A stretch of DNA of 64,000 bases, taken from assembly GCA_051294375.1 (NCBI GenBank), contig CM119269.1, positions 7,139,066 through 7,203,065 on the forward strand. Reading direction: 5' to 3'. Each line of letters starts with the position of its first letter. Position 1 is the stretch's first letter. Below, in pieces: positions 12,301-26,701 of this stretch. The notes under the pieces are model-generated. The model had not been told where the DNA came from. It did no database searches and worked only from the letters and a program-made list of their open reading frames with translations. The position numbers and the translations under genes were made by a program. Source of the stretch: Paraspadella gotoi. Lineage: Eukaryota; Animalia; Chaetognatha.

Positions 12301-14506
12301 GCCTTTGATAGATTCTTTTTCATCAGTTGCGATTCACATTTATGGTCGGGAAATGGAAGGATATCGCTGATTCATCTCTTTGTTCATTCGCAGCGGCGGC
12401 CGTCGCCAGGATCTGGCGCGACGGCCGGCGTCATTCGGCGTCAGAATTAAACGCTTTCGCGCGTGTGCGAGTGGCGGCGTCTTTCTTACTGACCGAAGCG
12501 CCCTCCTACCCGCAAACCGGCGCCAATCAACGATGATGTTCGGCGCCGCGTTTCAAACAAATGAGTTGGTTTTAAAAAAAACTCAAAGTATGGTTTTCTT
12601 TCCATTTTGCTTTTAATATTAATTTAAATTATTAGATGCCAATTTTTAACGTGAACCATTGTTTTCAGAAAAATTAACCAGCTCTGTAACTGTGGTCATA
12701 GCCCTGTCTTATCAGAACCTTATCTTTACCGAGTTTATTGTTCCCTTAAAATTATCAAATCCAAATTCAACAAGAGCACTAAGTTTTTGAAATATGGCGC
12801 TCTTATTTTTTTTATTCTATATTATTCCCAAAAACAGCATTAACAAAGCAATTTGCGTATTTTTCTGTTTTGTTTCTTAATTAATAAAAATAACAGATTA
12901 CTTATCTTTTGAAATCAAGTCGCGATCGATTTTACAACGTGTCATTGAAGAATCCATAAAAGGGTGTGTATAGAACTTTTAAACACCATTGACCTCATTT
13001 ATATAGACACGGCCCCCTTTCGGCGGCGCATTTCTCACCTCTTGAAGTAAAACTTTGACTCTCAAGGTCATTTTATCGTTTCTTCTGTGAAAGAAAATTT
13101 TTTTTTTTTTAGCAAGAGAAAACTTTCCAATACCATTTTTTTCCTCTCAAAGAAAAAAACTAAATGCAAAATGGACCGATTGGGGACTTTTATGTTCTTC
13201 AAGAAATTGAGAAGCGAGATACTGGCAAGACTAACAAAGATTGAGTGATAGACACGGTTCAGATCGACCGCCTGTCATAAAAAACAAAGCGACGAAAGTA
13301 GCGTAGCCGTTAATTTCAAATTTTAATGGAACCAGCTTAAACTAATCCATTAGTGGTATTTAATTATTGTTGTTAAAAATATTTCTTGCAAAAATATTCC
13401 AAAACATGAGTAATTCGCTAATTAATATTATTATATCACTATTATATAATGGTCAAAATTTTTTTTAGATATTTTTAAGTTTTTTTAATTGATTCTGTAT
13501 AGAAGCTTAAAGTTAAGCAAATATCAATTACAATTTTTTAAAATTTTTGATGTTTTATTACTTGAAAAATTAGTAAAAACTGTTTTTAAAATCATCGGAT
13601 GATGTTGATATTTTTCCCAATTTTAAAACCCATTATTCATCAAAATATTGAAAAAAGAATTTATACTTTGTGCAGATAACTTTTCATACAGCATTTGAAT
13701 CTGCTTTTTAAAAATACATTAATTCCAAAAAAATTTTGACATTTCCTACTCTATAAATAAATATTAAAATTAATTACTAATGCTTCTAGCCATTTTAGAA
13801 AATTTTGTCCATTTAAAGTTTTCTCACGAAATGCTATGATGTTCATTTGGAAAGGTTCCCAAATCAAACTTCTGACCCCTCCCCGATTGACGAGGTTTGG
13901 CCTCTACACGAAAGGAAAACAATTGTGAAAGTCGCCCCTTGACTTCGTTCTCCATATCTCTTCCTTGTTTATCTGACAAAACGCATGGCCGACGCGATCA
14001 ACCGGTCCCGCAGTCTCTCGTCGTCCTTGTGTATGTCTTTTTTTTGTGTGTGTATATCTGTTCTATCCGTCTATCCGGTTTTCTTTCTTTCGTTTCTTTT
14101 TTTCTTTTTTTCTTCTTTCTTTCTCTTTCTTTCTTTCTTTCCTTCCTTTCTTTTCTTTCTTCCTTTCTTTCCTTTTTTTTTATTATTTAGTTATTTATTA
14201 TTTATTTATTTGACTATTTATTTATTATTTATTTATTTATTTTTTATATTTTATTTATTTATTTATTTATTATTATTATTTATATATATCTTCTTTCTTC
14301 TTTCTTCTTTCTTCTTTCTTCTTTCTTTCTTTCTTTTCTCTCTCTTTCTTTGTCTCTCTCTCCATTTCTGTTTATTTTCTCTCTCTCTACGACCAAGATG
14401 AAACATCGTACGCTCGATGAGAACATGACCGATGAAAAAAGTGGAATTACATTTAAGCGAGAGAGAGAGACCAGAGAGAGGGGAGAGAGGAGAGAGAGAG
14501 AGAGAC

Positions 14507-14547
<41 letters not shown>

Positions 14548-16019
14548 AGGAGAGAGACCCAAACATAGCTACGTCACCTGCTCTCCTTCAAATGACCAGA
14601 CTGGCTGACGACTCTTTTCTCTTTTCAAATGATGTGTTTCTCTTGATTGCCACGACGTCTTTACAGAAAATGAAAACTCTGTTCTTACAGATGGTCTTTG
14701 CAGATTAAACGCAGACGGGTTGCGTTTTTGGCTACGAAGAAGAATTACGATAAATGTCGCTGAAAATTTTCTGAATTTTTTTTCTTTTTTTTTTTTAATC
14801 TGAGAATCTACGAAAATGTCCTTTTGCCTCCCGAAAATGTTCATCAACCAATAACCACCAGACTGCCAATAAAAAGCAAAGAGGCCACCGGCATCATCGG
14901 CCACCAACAGACGCTTCATCTGCGCTTCTACGACTTCATGCGGAATTTCGTTCCCGCCGTCGATGTTTTACGACTTCGAGGCTCCAAGATGCCTCGAAAA
15001 AGATATGGGCGAGATAGAGAGAGAGGGAGAGAGAGAGGGAGGGAGCGGAGGAGGAGGGAGGAGAGGGAGAGAGAGAGAGAAAGAGAGAGAGCAAGAGAGA
15101 GAGAAGTCTCTTTGTGGTTCTTCTTAAACTTTAACATAAAAGTCTGGAAGGTCAGAAACCGATTCCCTTTCAACTCCAACGCCGAAGGAGGGAACGCGCG
15201 GTGATGTGGCGAGGATTAGTCCGGGGGGGGGGGCGGTTGAGCAGGATTAGCGATGCAGGGATGGCGATCTAATGAAAATTCGAGGAGAAAAAACACTTCG
15301 CTATGAGTGTGCAGCTATAACGTTAGTAGCTTTTATAAGGATATTGATTTTCTTAGATTTTTCTGCCCCGTCCCTTCCCTTCCTTATTCCGGTAATGATT
15401 TTTCCATCGCCTTTTTTCATTTTCTTTCTCCCCCTTTATCCCACGTCTTCCATTATATTTTTCTTTTGCCCACTTTTCTCTTCAATTGCATTTCCTTCCT
15501 TAAACCCGTCATTCATTTCCCCTTTCATTAGTCGATGCTTCGTTCGACCTTTTATTCTATCGCCGCGCCGAGAAAGGTTCAGTCACCATTCATTCGGGGG
15601 TTTCATTCGCTCGATTCGTTTCGCCGTTCATTCGGGCGTTCCACACGTCATCGAAATTTTTTTTTTTACTCTTGAAAAGGGTGGTACATTCATGATGTTA
15701 AAATTTTTCGCTTTAATTCCGTCCAGGTGTATCCACAAGGAATACGTCTTTATGATATCGGGTTGTAAAAATTAATTCATATCGGAGATATAAGAGCTTT
15801 TCTTTTTTTTGGATGCTCACTTTGTTTTGTTATTTGTAGCATTTTAACAATAAATCCTTTTACTCATTGTCAATACTGGATAGTATTGCATGGACTGAAT
15901 TATAAATTGGCGTTGAACAGCATTTTATGTTATATAAGTTCTTTCAAATACAGCCTAAAGTCTTTATTGGAAGCACGCGGAAGCCGGCCATTTGCACTGA
16001 TTTAATGATTCCATCATTA

Positions 16020-17028
16020 TCAGGAAGCTTCCCATATTTTGACTTTTGTCGCCGTGTCCGGCTGGTTAGTATATAACCAAATGACTTTTTGAAATAAATT
16101 TTTTTACACAATCGATAAAACTATTTATTTAATGTTACAATCTTTCTTTTAAAAGAAATTTTTAATTTAAAAAAGAAAAAACCTTAGTTTCTTTTTACCA
16201 GAACAAATATAACACGGAGAAAAAAGAAGCAAAAATGACTCTGTCGAGTGCTGCTGCGCGGGAGGACGCGTCACTTATTTTTTCGCGCTCAATGTGAATC
16301 AGTCGCTTTCGCTTAATTTTTAGCGCTTTTTTCGATTAATTAATCGGGACTTTCCTTCGATATGACTACTTTTTCATATCGAACTTAATTCTCACGCTCG
16401 TCATAATGTCTTCACACGACGATCGCAAGAAAACTCGCCGCGACAAATCTCGAGAGAGATCGCGCCTGATCGCAGTTCGACCGAAATCTTCTGCTTCGAA
16501 CAAGGGTTTGAGGGATCCCAAGTTGCACGTGGCGCGAATCATTCTTATATCATATTTCTTATCATCCAATTCCATTATACTCTTTATTGCTTGTTTCTTT
16601 TCATGTGAGCCTGAATTTATAAAGGCCACTGGAAAAATTTTTTGTTGGAAGGGAGTTTAAGTATAATATTAAACACTGGAAGCATGTGGATGGAAACTAA
16701 AAAACATTAGATACTCTTTGACTCTCAATACGAATTAGTGTTTAGAATTGCTGTCTCTTACTGTTTTTATTTTAAAAAATTCTGGAAATGATCAAGAAAA
16801 CCCATGATAGGAATTTATTTTTTCTCGCTCTTTACCAAAATTTAAACAACAAATCATACAAATATTACCATTTTCTATAAGTTGAGTTTGTAACGAAATG
16901 ACAGTTGTTTTAAATATGTACTACTTACAATATAACATAACTACTAAAAAATCATTAATTTTGCACGCTTCCTTTTCTCGAGAGAAAATACCTCCATTTC
17001 GAATCAACTGTGCGTTCAAGACGCTCAT
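16020..17028 (-). CDS. Speculative three-exon orphan gene (17028-16992, 16628-16396, 16061-16020), ~103 aa
   Basis: GT-AG boundaries (GAG|gtattt, tttttccag|, AGC|gtgaga, tactaaccag|) join in phase to give MSVLNAQLIRNGVAFINSGSHEKKQAIKSIMELDDKKYDIRMIRATCNLG...DIMTSPDTATKVKIWEAS then stop. I recognise no homology. Confidence 0.2.
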
Positions 17029-18430
17029 ATTCGTTCCGCCCGTTCGTCCGTTTCGCCGATGCTGCTATGAATGCTACCATCTCCAAAGGGAACAGTGGAG
17101 ATGAAAAATCGTCACGTAGCAACTTTGAGCGAATTAGGAGAGACGAGAGAAGAGACGAGAGGAAGAGAGGACGAGAGAGAGAGAGAGGAGAAGAGGAGAG
17201 GGCTTTCAAGAAGTCAAGAAAAAGAAAAATATTCTCATTCTGAGTCTTCAAGAGGGCGTTGCGGCTGAGGTGGGTTAATTTGAACCTCACAGAGACGTGA
17301 ACGTCTCTCGTCTCTGCCTCTCTCTCATCTCTCTCGTGTACTCTCTCATTCAGATCTCTCTCTCTGTCTTCTGTGCTCTCTCTCTGTCTTCTGCTCTACT
17401 CTCTTCTCTCTCTCTCTCTCTGGATTGGCATATACTTGAACCTTCGCGTACCAATTTTCGGTCACTCTATTGTTTGTCCGGCTGCGGCTATTGTTCTCCT
17501 TCCGTCCGCGGCTCAGGTCGCGGACCTGACCCGAACCTGACCCGAGGGTATTCTCTTCTTTTCTCTTCTCTCTTCTTCCCTCTCGCCCGCGGCATCCGGG
17601 CGTTATCATTAATATGATCGGAGTCGCGGATACCTACGGAGTGAAAGTCGCGGATCGGAGACTTTTTTTTTCTCTTCTCCTTTAATCTTAAAAGAATAAA
17701 AAATATGAAAAATAAAATGATTAAAATAAAATATAAAGATAAAAAAGATAGGAATAATAAACAAATTGACTTGTGAAAAAAAATATGTACAGACTCTCTC
17801 CTCTTCTTCTCTATTTATTTTTTTTCTTTAATTTTCTATTTTCTTATGATTTTTGAATTTCTGCGATCTTATTTCTTTTTCCCTTAATTATATGTTTTCT
17901 ATTTCTTTATTTTCATTTGATCATTTGTATTTAATTATTTTTTAAACTGACACAAAAAAAAATTACAATTTCTATTATAAATGATTTAAAAGATGATTAA
18001 AAAAGAATACTGACAGCGAAATTGCTCTTAGGATTCCTCTTAAGATTTCCAGACAACTGTTTTGCTTCGGGCTTTTGTTTTCACTTTGCTCCACTCTCCA
18101 CTTCTCGGTCTATAAAGCGACCTCTCAAAACAATTTTTGGCCCGCAAAGGCCAGCTTTCCCAGACAAAAGACAGGGGTTAAAAACTTTGCTAGACTTTTT
18201 TCCCCAAAAAAATTGCATATTTAGGTAATCCGAATTAAAATTAAAAATAATTAAATCAATAAATTGTTTAAGTGATGAAAAAAATATTTTGTTTTTTATT
18301 TGCAGTTGTTTTAGAGCAGTTTGAGTTTAGGTTTTTGACAACCATTTATTTATGGTTAAACAGACATGTTTCGGCTTCATTTCAGTGTTAAATTAAAACT
18401 ATTAAAAATTCATAATTAGATGAATGGAAC

Positions 18431-18455
18431 NNNNNNNNNNNNNNNNNNNNNNNNN
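18431..18455. other. 25-N assembly gap (others at 20139-20163, 48635-48659, 57804-57828 and 62022-62046)
   Basis: Exactly 25 Ns each; three of them abut duplicated noisy sequence, consistent with overfilled long-read gap closure. Confidence 0.85.
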
Positions 18456-20138
18456 TTCTTTAATCGCAATCGCCATCTCACTTGTTAAGCTAGCCATCTC
18501 ACCTTAATTTCTTCCCTCTATTCACCACCTCCCCTGCCATTTCCGCCTAGCGATCCTTCCCTCCAATCCCGACCTTCCTTTCCAAAGTACCACCTCCCCC
18601 TCTTTTCTCTTATTGGCAACCTCCTCTCCACCGATTGCCTTCTCCCTTTATAAGATTGCCATCTCCCTCTCCTTTTCTCCAATCGCCACCCTCTCTCCAC
18701 CGATTGCCAACTCCCCCTTTCAAGATTGCCATCTCCACTATTTTATATCCTCCCCTTCCAACCACGATTTCCTTCTCTCATTCTTTTACAACAATCTTCC
18801 CTTCCTATTCTCCAATGCCCCAACCTATAACTTCTCTCCAACCGATTTGATGCACTTCCTTCTCAAGATGCCATCTCCCCTTCAAGGCATTTCCCCGTTC
18901 TCCAGATCTGACAGCTGCGAAACCTCCGGAGAGTCGATGTCCGAACGAAGAAATGCCGTGAAAACGAGGCCTTCATGCTCGGACGACCGGGGGGGGGCGG
19001 TGGAAGGGGGAGAAGTGAGTGGTTGGAAGGGTGGGGTTGATGGGGTTAAGGGAGGAGGAGGGTGGATGGGTGGGTGATTGGTTCTGGATGGAGGGATGCG
19101 TGAACTGTTTTAGAAAATAAAATTTGAAAAAATAGTAAAGGAAAACAATATTGTCGAGATGAGAGAAGAGTAGAAGAGAGAGAGGAGAGAGAGGAGAGAG
19201 AGAGAGAAGAGATTAAGAGAGAAGAGAGAAGAAAGAAAAGAAAGAAAAAGAAAGAGAAGAAAGAAAGGAAGAGAAAAGAAAGAAGAAAGAAGAGAAAAAA
19301 CAGACAGACGACGCGATCCTAACGCGGAGCATCGACGACCAAGGACGGTACTGAGAGGAAAAGAGGGAAATGCGCTTCATCGTATCGCGATGGTGGCTGA
19401 TCGTCGATAGATTATGCGGATTTCCTGATGGTAGAGTTTAGATCCGAGATTGCTCAGTTGCGATATTGTAGATTGTAACGCAGGCGATATTGTGCATTGT
19501 AGAGCTCGATGAATGTAGTTGGTGAACTACATTCCTGATAGTTGAGCGCGTGAGTCTGAGGAGTCTGTCGGCGAATGCTAACTGACGGTATCTTTCTCAA
19601 GGCCGGTGCCGCCAAGGGGATGAAGGACCGCAGGGAAAAGAGGAGGGACGACGTAGGGGAGGAAAGGAGAGCAAGATGTGTTCGAGAGGGGAACAGAAGA
19701 CCCGGGAGAAGAGGAGAAGGCCTGACGTGAAGGGTGGAGAATCTATCTTGAAAATCATCACCCTATCGTCGTCGTCTCAAAAAAAAAGACTTTAAATTTT
19801 TTAAGTTATCACAGTGGATTTAAAAAGACTTTCCCTTGATCTCGGTCCGGTCGTCGCACAGTGATTTGAAGTTCGTACCCAGGTACAGGCTTGATTAATC
19901 GAATTATCGCGGTGAACGAAAAGAAAAAGAAGTATAAAAAAAAGAAAGATTTTACGGGGATTCGATGTGAAACCGGTGAGGACTATTCAACAAAATTTAA
20001 GCCTCACAAAACGCTGAGGTGGAGGCGGACGTCGCGTTCGTTGTTGTCGGTTGTCTCGGGTTTGTCGTTATTGAAAGTAGAGCGAGACGAGGACAAAGAG
20101 AAGGAATGAGAAAGAGAGAGGAGAAGAAAGGAGAGAGG
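18456..20138 (+). repeat. Direct duplicate of 29130-30650, bounded by two 25-N gaps
   Basis: Both begin T(T)CTTTAATCGCAATCGCCATCTCACTTGTTAAGCTAGCC and stay collinear to the GAGCGAGAC before a (GA)n tract. Confidence 0.92.
18590..18900 (+). repeat. C-rich minisatellite with ~69 bp period and ~23 bp subunits; copy at 29270-29560
   Basis: CCACCGATTGCC recurs at 18628 and 18697, and ATTGCCATCTCC-like subunits repeat. Confidence 0.7.
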
Positions 20139-22591
20139 NNNNNNNNNNNNNNNNNNNNNNNNNTAAATAAATAATAAAAAAAAAGAGAAAGAAAGAGAAG
20201 AAAGAAAGAAAAGAGAAAGAAAGAAAGAAAGAAAGAAGAAAGAAAGAAGAAAAAAGAAAAAAAGAAAGAAAGAAAGAAACCGGATAGACGGATAGACAGA
20301 TATACACACACAAAAAAAGACATACAGAAAGGACGACGAGAGACTCCGGGACCGGGTTGATCGCGTCGGCCATGCGTTTTGTCAGATAAACAAGGAAGAG
20401 ATATGGAGAACGAAGTCAAGGGGCGACTTTCACAATTGTTTTCCTTTTCGTGAGAGGACCTCGTCGGGGTCAGTTTGATTTGGACTTTCCAATGACAGCG
20501 TCGATCGCATTTCGTGAGAAACCGTTCTAATCGACAAATTTTCTAATAATGAGTCTTCCAGATCGCATTTATTATTCTTGAACATAATTTATCTCCATAT
20601 GGTAGATTGCAAATTTATATTGCGATTTGTATTTCTTTAGAAGGAAGCAGACAAATGCTGTATTGAAAGTTTTCTGCAAAAGTAAAAAATTCTTTCTCTT
20701 TATTATGATGAAATGGTTAAAGGAAAAATGAAAATCATCCGAGAGTCTTAAAACAGTTTTACTATTTTCAGAGTAGATAAACATCGCAAAGGCTTTCTTA
20801 AAAAATGTCAAATGCTGTAATTGCTTAACTTACCTTTATACAGATAATTAAAACTTCAAAATATCTAAAAAATTGTAATATGTAATAATTTAGAAACTCG
20901 TTGAATGCAGATATTAAAACAAAACCTTTTGTATGGTCCATAATTTGAAATTAACGGTACATGTCGCTTTGTTTAGAGGCCGTCTAACGTCTATCTCAAT
21001 CTTTTAGTTTCGTATCTCGCTTCTATTAAGTAATCCCAAGGTCATTGCATTATTCTGGAAAAATATGGAAAGTTTCTCAAAAAAAATTTCTACAAACGAA
21101 TGACTAGTCAGTTTATTCAAGGTAATGCAAGGGGCCTGCATTAATAGGTCTTTTTAAAAGTTATCACCTTTTTGGACTAATGACACGTTTAAAATCGATC
21201 GACGATTCAAATAATAACGTATTATAATAAGAAAACAAACGCAAATGCTTTATGCTTTATTAGTAAAATGGCGCCATTTTCAAAACTTAGTGCTCTTGTT
21301 GAATTTGGATTTGATAATTTTAAGGGAACAATAAACTCGGTAAAGATAAGGTTCTGATAGACAGGGCTATGACCACAGTTACAGAGCTGGTAATTTTTCT
21401 GAAAACAATGGTTCACCGTTAAAAATTGGCATCTAATAATTTAATAATATTAAAAGCAAATGGAAGAAACCATACTTTGAGTTTTTTTAAACCAACTCAT
21501 TTGTTTGAACCGCGGCGCCGAACATCATCGTGATTGGCGCCGGTTTGCGGTTGGAGGGCGCCTTTCGTCAGTAAGAAAGACGCCGCCACTCGCACACTCG
21601 CGCGGAAAAGCCTTTAAACTGACGCGAATGAACGCCGCCGTCGCCGCCAGACGCTGGCGACGGCCGCGCGCGAATGAACAAAGAGATGAATCAGCGATTT
21701 CTTCCATTTCCGACCATAAATGTGAATCGCAACTGTGAAAAGATCTATCAAAGGCCTCAATACTCAGCCGCCAGCCCCTTAGTCTCAATACTTGCCTCAG
21801 AGGCTAAACCCTTAGCATTAAACCCATAGGCTACACCCTAAGATATCAGCCCTTCGCACTAAACCTGAGCCTTAGCCCTTAGCTTAACCTAAGCCTTAAG
21901 CCCTTAGTTTTAACCTTTAGCCTGGAAACCTGACAACCTCAACCCTAAATCTTAACGCCTTAACTCTCACCCGGTCTCCATTCCCAATGCCTTCTTTTAG
22001 CTCTAAGTCCTACCCACAGTTCGGACGATGTGAGGAGTATTTTTTTGGCGCGGAAAGTTTTAAAAACTCCTTCAACCTTTTTAAATTGAGAAATTCCTTC
22101 TTCGATGTTCAGTTTTCTCTTCTTTTCTTCTTCATTCTTTTTGATAATATATTACCTCTTTTCCTTTCCATCTTTTCTCTTCTCTTCCCCATCTTCTCTG
22201 TATTTTTTTTCCCTTGCATCATCTGTCATTTTCATTTTTTTTAATATTTCCCACTCCATTCTTTCAATTTTCTTCAGTCTTCCTTTCAAGATTGTCGTAC
22301 GCGACTTAATTCTTTCTCTTCTCCTTTTCTCCTCTCCTCCTTTCCTTTCTCCTCCTCCTCTCTCCTCTTCCTCCACTCTCTCGGCCAACGATTTAAAATT
22401 CATGGCTCGTGCGAATCGCGTAGTAGTAGGGGTGGTGGGGAAGTTGGGGGTGGAGGTGGCATTTGAAGGGTGGCGGGTTGAGGGAATGGGGCCACAACAA
22501 AGATGATGACGTTTTCGGGTGGCTGAAAAAGTCGAAACGATGCCGGACAAGATGGAGACACGCGTCTCTGAAGAAGGAAGAGGAGAAGGAG

Positions 22592-22645
<54 letters not shown>

Positions 22646-23034
22646 GAGAGAGAGAGAGAGAGAGAGACGAGAAGAGGTCTAAAAAACAATAGGAATGAGC
22701 TGACGAGTGAAAGAAGAGAAAAGTCAGGAGGAGAAAAGAAATATAGGAAGGGAGAATGGTTGGGGGAGATGGGAAAAAGGGTTGAAGATGGGAACGATAA
22801 AGTAGAGAAAATAGGAAAAGGGAAAAGAAAATGTGGGAAAAGAAAACAATCGATGAAAAGTATTGGATTGTTGTGACTGAGAGGGAAAGAAAAAGAAGTT
22901 TGGATGACAGTAGTGTTTAAAAAATGTGTTCGTGAAAAGAAATGAAGAATTGAAAAAGGTGAAAATTGAACTGCGAAAAAGAAAAGTAGGATCATTGAGA
23001 CAATGAAATAGAGCGATAGAAAAAAGAGGAGAGA

Positions 23035-23080
<46 letters not shown>

Positions 23081-26000
23081 AGAGAGGAGAGAGAGAGAGA
23101 CAGAGAGAGAGAAAGAAAGAGTAGAGAGAGAGAGAGAGAAAATTTCTCGACTCTAAGAATAGACAGGGTGATTCAACCTCTTAATTGACGATTTGATTGA
23201 GAGCGAATAGGTTGGATAGTTACAGAGACTAGAGAGAGTAAGTTAATGGTCTCCCTTAAGTAGTTTTTGATTTAATTTATATTTTTTAAGCATAATAACT
23301 CAGTCGCATTTTCTTTCATCCACAAATTGGGGTACAGACGGTTTTCTAATATCTATGAAGGTTGTCATGTTTTTGTCGTTTGGTTCGTTGTTCGTTCGGT
23401 TAGTCGTCTTTAATTTTTTAAAATCAGTTTATTCTCTACCCGAAAAATAAAATGGCGGATCGAATCGATGAGACGGAAAAAAAAACCCAAGAGAAGATTG
23501 ATATCGACGACGGACGACGACGACGACGACGACGACCCAATGACTACCGTCAACACGCTCAGAAGCAATTTTAAGATCCAGACTCTTCAATTCTCGTTCA
23601 TCGCTCTTCGATCGCTCAATCCATTAAAAGGTATTTCGAGTCAGAGATTCTTTCTCTCTCCTCTCTCTCTCCTCTCTTCCTCTCTCTCTCTCTCCTCTCT
23701 CTCATCTCTCTCTCTCTTTCTCCTCTCTCCTTTCCTCTCTCTCTCTCTACTTTCCTTGGGGGGGCCTCCCACCCTATCTTAAAGCCCGCCCATTTCTTCT
23801 GCTCTTTTCTCATGGTTTTTTCTCTCTGTTCTTTCTACTCTCTCGTCTCTCTCTCTCTCTCTCTTCTCCTCTCTCTCTCTATTCTCTCTCTCTCTCTCTC
23901 TCCTCTCTTCTCTCTCTCTCTCTCTCTCTCAATGACAAACTCTCGTCTCATGATTTGCTTTTGTACTTCGTAGTTTCGATTCTTCTTTATATACATCGCT
24001 TCATCATTTATTTTTCATTTTTCTATTTATTCATTATTTTTTCCATTTCTGTTTTAACTCATCTCCCTTGATTCTACTCAAATGCCTTAACCCCCGTCTT
24101 CACTTCACCCTCTACACGCATCTACAACTACTCTTTTCTCTACTGCTTTCTCCTTATAGTTTCTTCCTTTCCGGTCTTTCTTTAGTTAATCTCATGCATT
24201 TTATTGTCACAAAACGAACCATCTTTTAAAATTCCTCGTTTCCACTGACGACCTTTTCTCCCTTTTCACTCGACCTGTTTCCTCACTCCAGTCAATTTAT
24301 TTCATAATTCTATCTCGATCCCATTGCTTAACTTCTTTTGCATGCATATTTTCCCCATTTTTCTCAATTGTTCGCTTTTCTTTGCGCTCGCAACCTCCTT
24401 CTCACTCCAACACAAGACTCGCAAAACGGCGACCCGACTTTTCACCTCGCGACCCGACGTTTAACAAATTCTTGTCGAGCGTCATTTGAAAAGAGAGAAA
24501 AAAAAGAAGGAGTAAAAAAAAGATTTTTCCTTTCGCTCGTTTGAACATCACCTCACCACAAATCACTTCCCTTTCTCTATCTCAAATTTCTCCTTCCTAC
24601 CCGTCACGCGTTCATCTATGTTCCAATGCGCCGTCAGCTTTCCTTATTTTTCTTGCCTTCTCTTAATCCCCATCTCGCCTTCTCTGTCACTTCTTTTCCT
24701 TTTATATCTTATATTCCCCTCTTTCTTTTAAATTCCTTCCCTTTTTTTTTTCTTTTCTAAAAGTTTTCGAATTAGCTCATTATCTTTACTCGTTCACTCA
24801 AATCTACATCTCATCCTCTCCGATCTCCCACTTTTCGTCCCTTTCCCCCCACTTCTTCCCCCCCCCCGTCCACCCGTCCCCTCTTCTCCCCCCTATCTCT
24901 TCAGCGCTCTCGTTCTCTCCCCCTCCTCCTTTCCCCCGATCCTCCCTCCTCTCTCGCTAAACATCAATCAAAGTTTCTCGTTTTTCGCGCTCCGATTTCT
25001 AGTTTTTTCTGCCTCAAACCGAAAAAAGAAAATATTCACAATTTAACCCTTTTTTGTCCTCAGTCGAAAGAGTCTCCAGGTTGAACCGTGATACTTGCAC
25101 AGTGCTATCTACAACTATTTCTAATCTAACAGGAAGGGAAAAAAGAAAGTACTTGTCTTAATCTCCGATTACAGACGTTTGGGTGAGCATTGGTGTAGCA
25201 TTGTGAGCGTAACGAATGGTTGTTTCGTAATAGACAAAACTTTTTTGAAGAAGAAAATCGATTTATCCTAGTATCATATTTCATTCATAATCCCTCGATA
25301 CTCGCTCTCATCTTTCTCCTTTCTTCTTTACGCTCTACACCTCTACCTTTTTCACTGCCCTGATTTATCACTCTACCGACTCATGCCCTGATTTCAGTCC
25401 TACTCAGCCTTTCTTCACTGCCCTGTTATTACACACACTCCGGCAACTTCACAGCCCTTTCTCACTACCTGATTAATCACCTCCGCTAACTTCAACAGCC
25501 CTTTCTCACTGCCCCATTTACCCTCCGCTAACTTCACAGCCTCTAAGATCTTCGAATACTGATTTACACCTCCTAATTCGGAGCGAGCCTTGTCTGTGCT
25601 GTTACCCGTTACTACCCTTCTAGCTTTTATACTCCGTAATCAAAGCCCTAGTCTTAATATCTACTATTTCCTGCGCTTGTCGGACATTTTAAAAGTCCTA
25701 ATTCCAACATTATTCTAAAAACCACTTTTCTCTCACCGGACTTAAAATCATTTTTTTATTTACTCCTCGTTCTTTCATCACATTTATAATTCTAATAAAA
25801 TCCTTCGCTCTTATCACATAATGCTACAGTTTAACAACTCACTTAATCCTTCAAGACCTTAAGCACTCTCACTTTTAATTCTTTTCTCTTCATTACCTTT
25901 ATCATTCTCTCTCATCTTTAAATCTTTTTTATTTCTCTTTACTTCTATGTTAGTACTTTACGTGTTTCCACATTATATCCTAAATGCCTTTTCATCAACA

Positions 26001-26229
26001 TTAATCACTCCTCACTTTAAATCCTTTCATTCCTCATCGCCTTATCACTTTCACTTTAAATTCTTTGCTCTTAATCGGCCTTAGTCACTTCTCATCTCGA
26101 TTGCCGACTTCCGTTTGTCACCTTCCACCGCCTCCGCCCTCGAAACGAATCCCAAAGGAACAAAACCAGAAAGTTCTCAATCCTGTAAAAACATGCCGCT
26201 CGAGGAGCCCGAGAGAGGGAGAAGAGAGA

Positions 26230-26267
<38 letters not shown>

Positions 26268-26269
26268 GA

Positions 26270-26310
<41 letters not shown>

Positions 26311-26701
26311 AAGGTAAGACAAATAGGAAGGAAAGGAAGAAGTATGTAACGAAAGAGTCAGAAAAACATCGAGTAAGTAACGAAGAGGAAGCAGGAGATG
26401 GAAGGAAAGAAAATCGGTGGCAGTGAAGAAAACGAACGTGAGAGAACTTGGGGGATGGGAAAACAACGAGGGCGTGACTTTTTAATCCTCAATTTTTTGT
26501 CTGTCTCTCTCCGCTTGTTCCAGTATCCGCATCAGTGAACACTAAGTTTAATTTAAAAGGATAAGAGATTAAAATTTGTTAACAGAAAAAGGGTTCTATC
26601 GTCTAAATCACGTATTTTTCGAAGTGATTATCGTCGAGGTCCAATATCGCGAAGAGGAAATTAACTAAATCCGTCAAAGACTATAACTTATAGTATATAG
26701 T

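Larger units (their letters stand above)
176..14200 (-). repeat. Inverted duplicate of 20164-29130 (plus the Naiad insert); likely a redundant, mis-oriented haplotype
   Basis: Collinear reverse-complement matches throughout, e.g. 13915-14060 vs 20290-20445, 12640-12790 vs 21280-21430, 7290-7620 vs 26360-26690, 880-1600 vs 28080-28700. Differences are mostly small indels. Confidence 0.92.
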
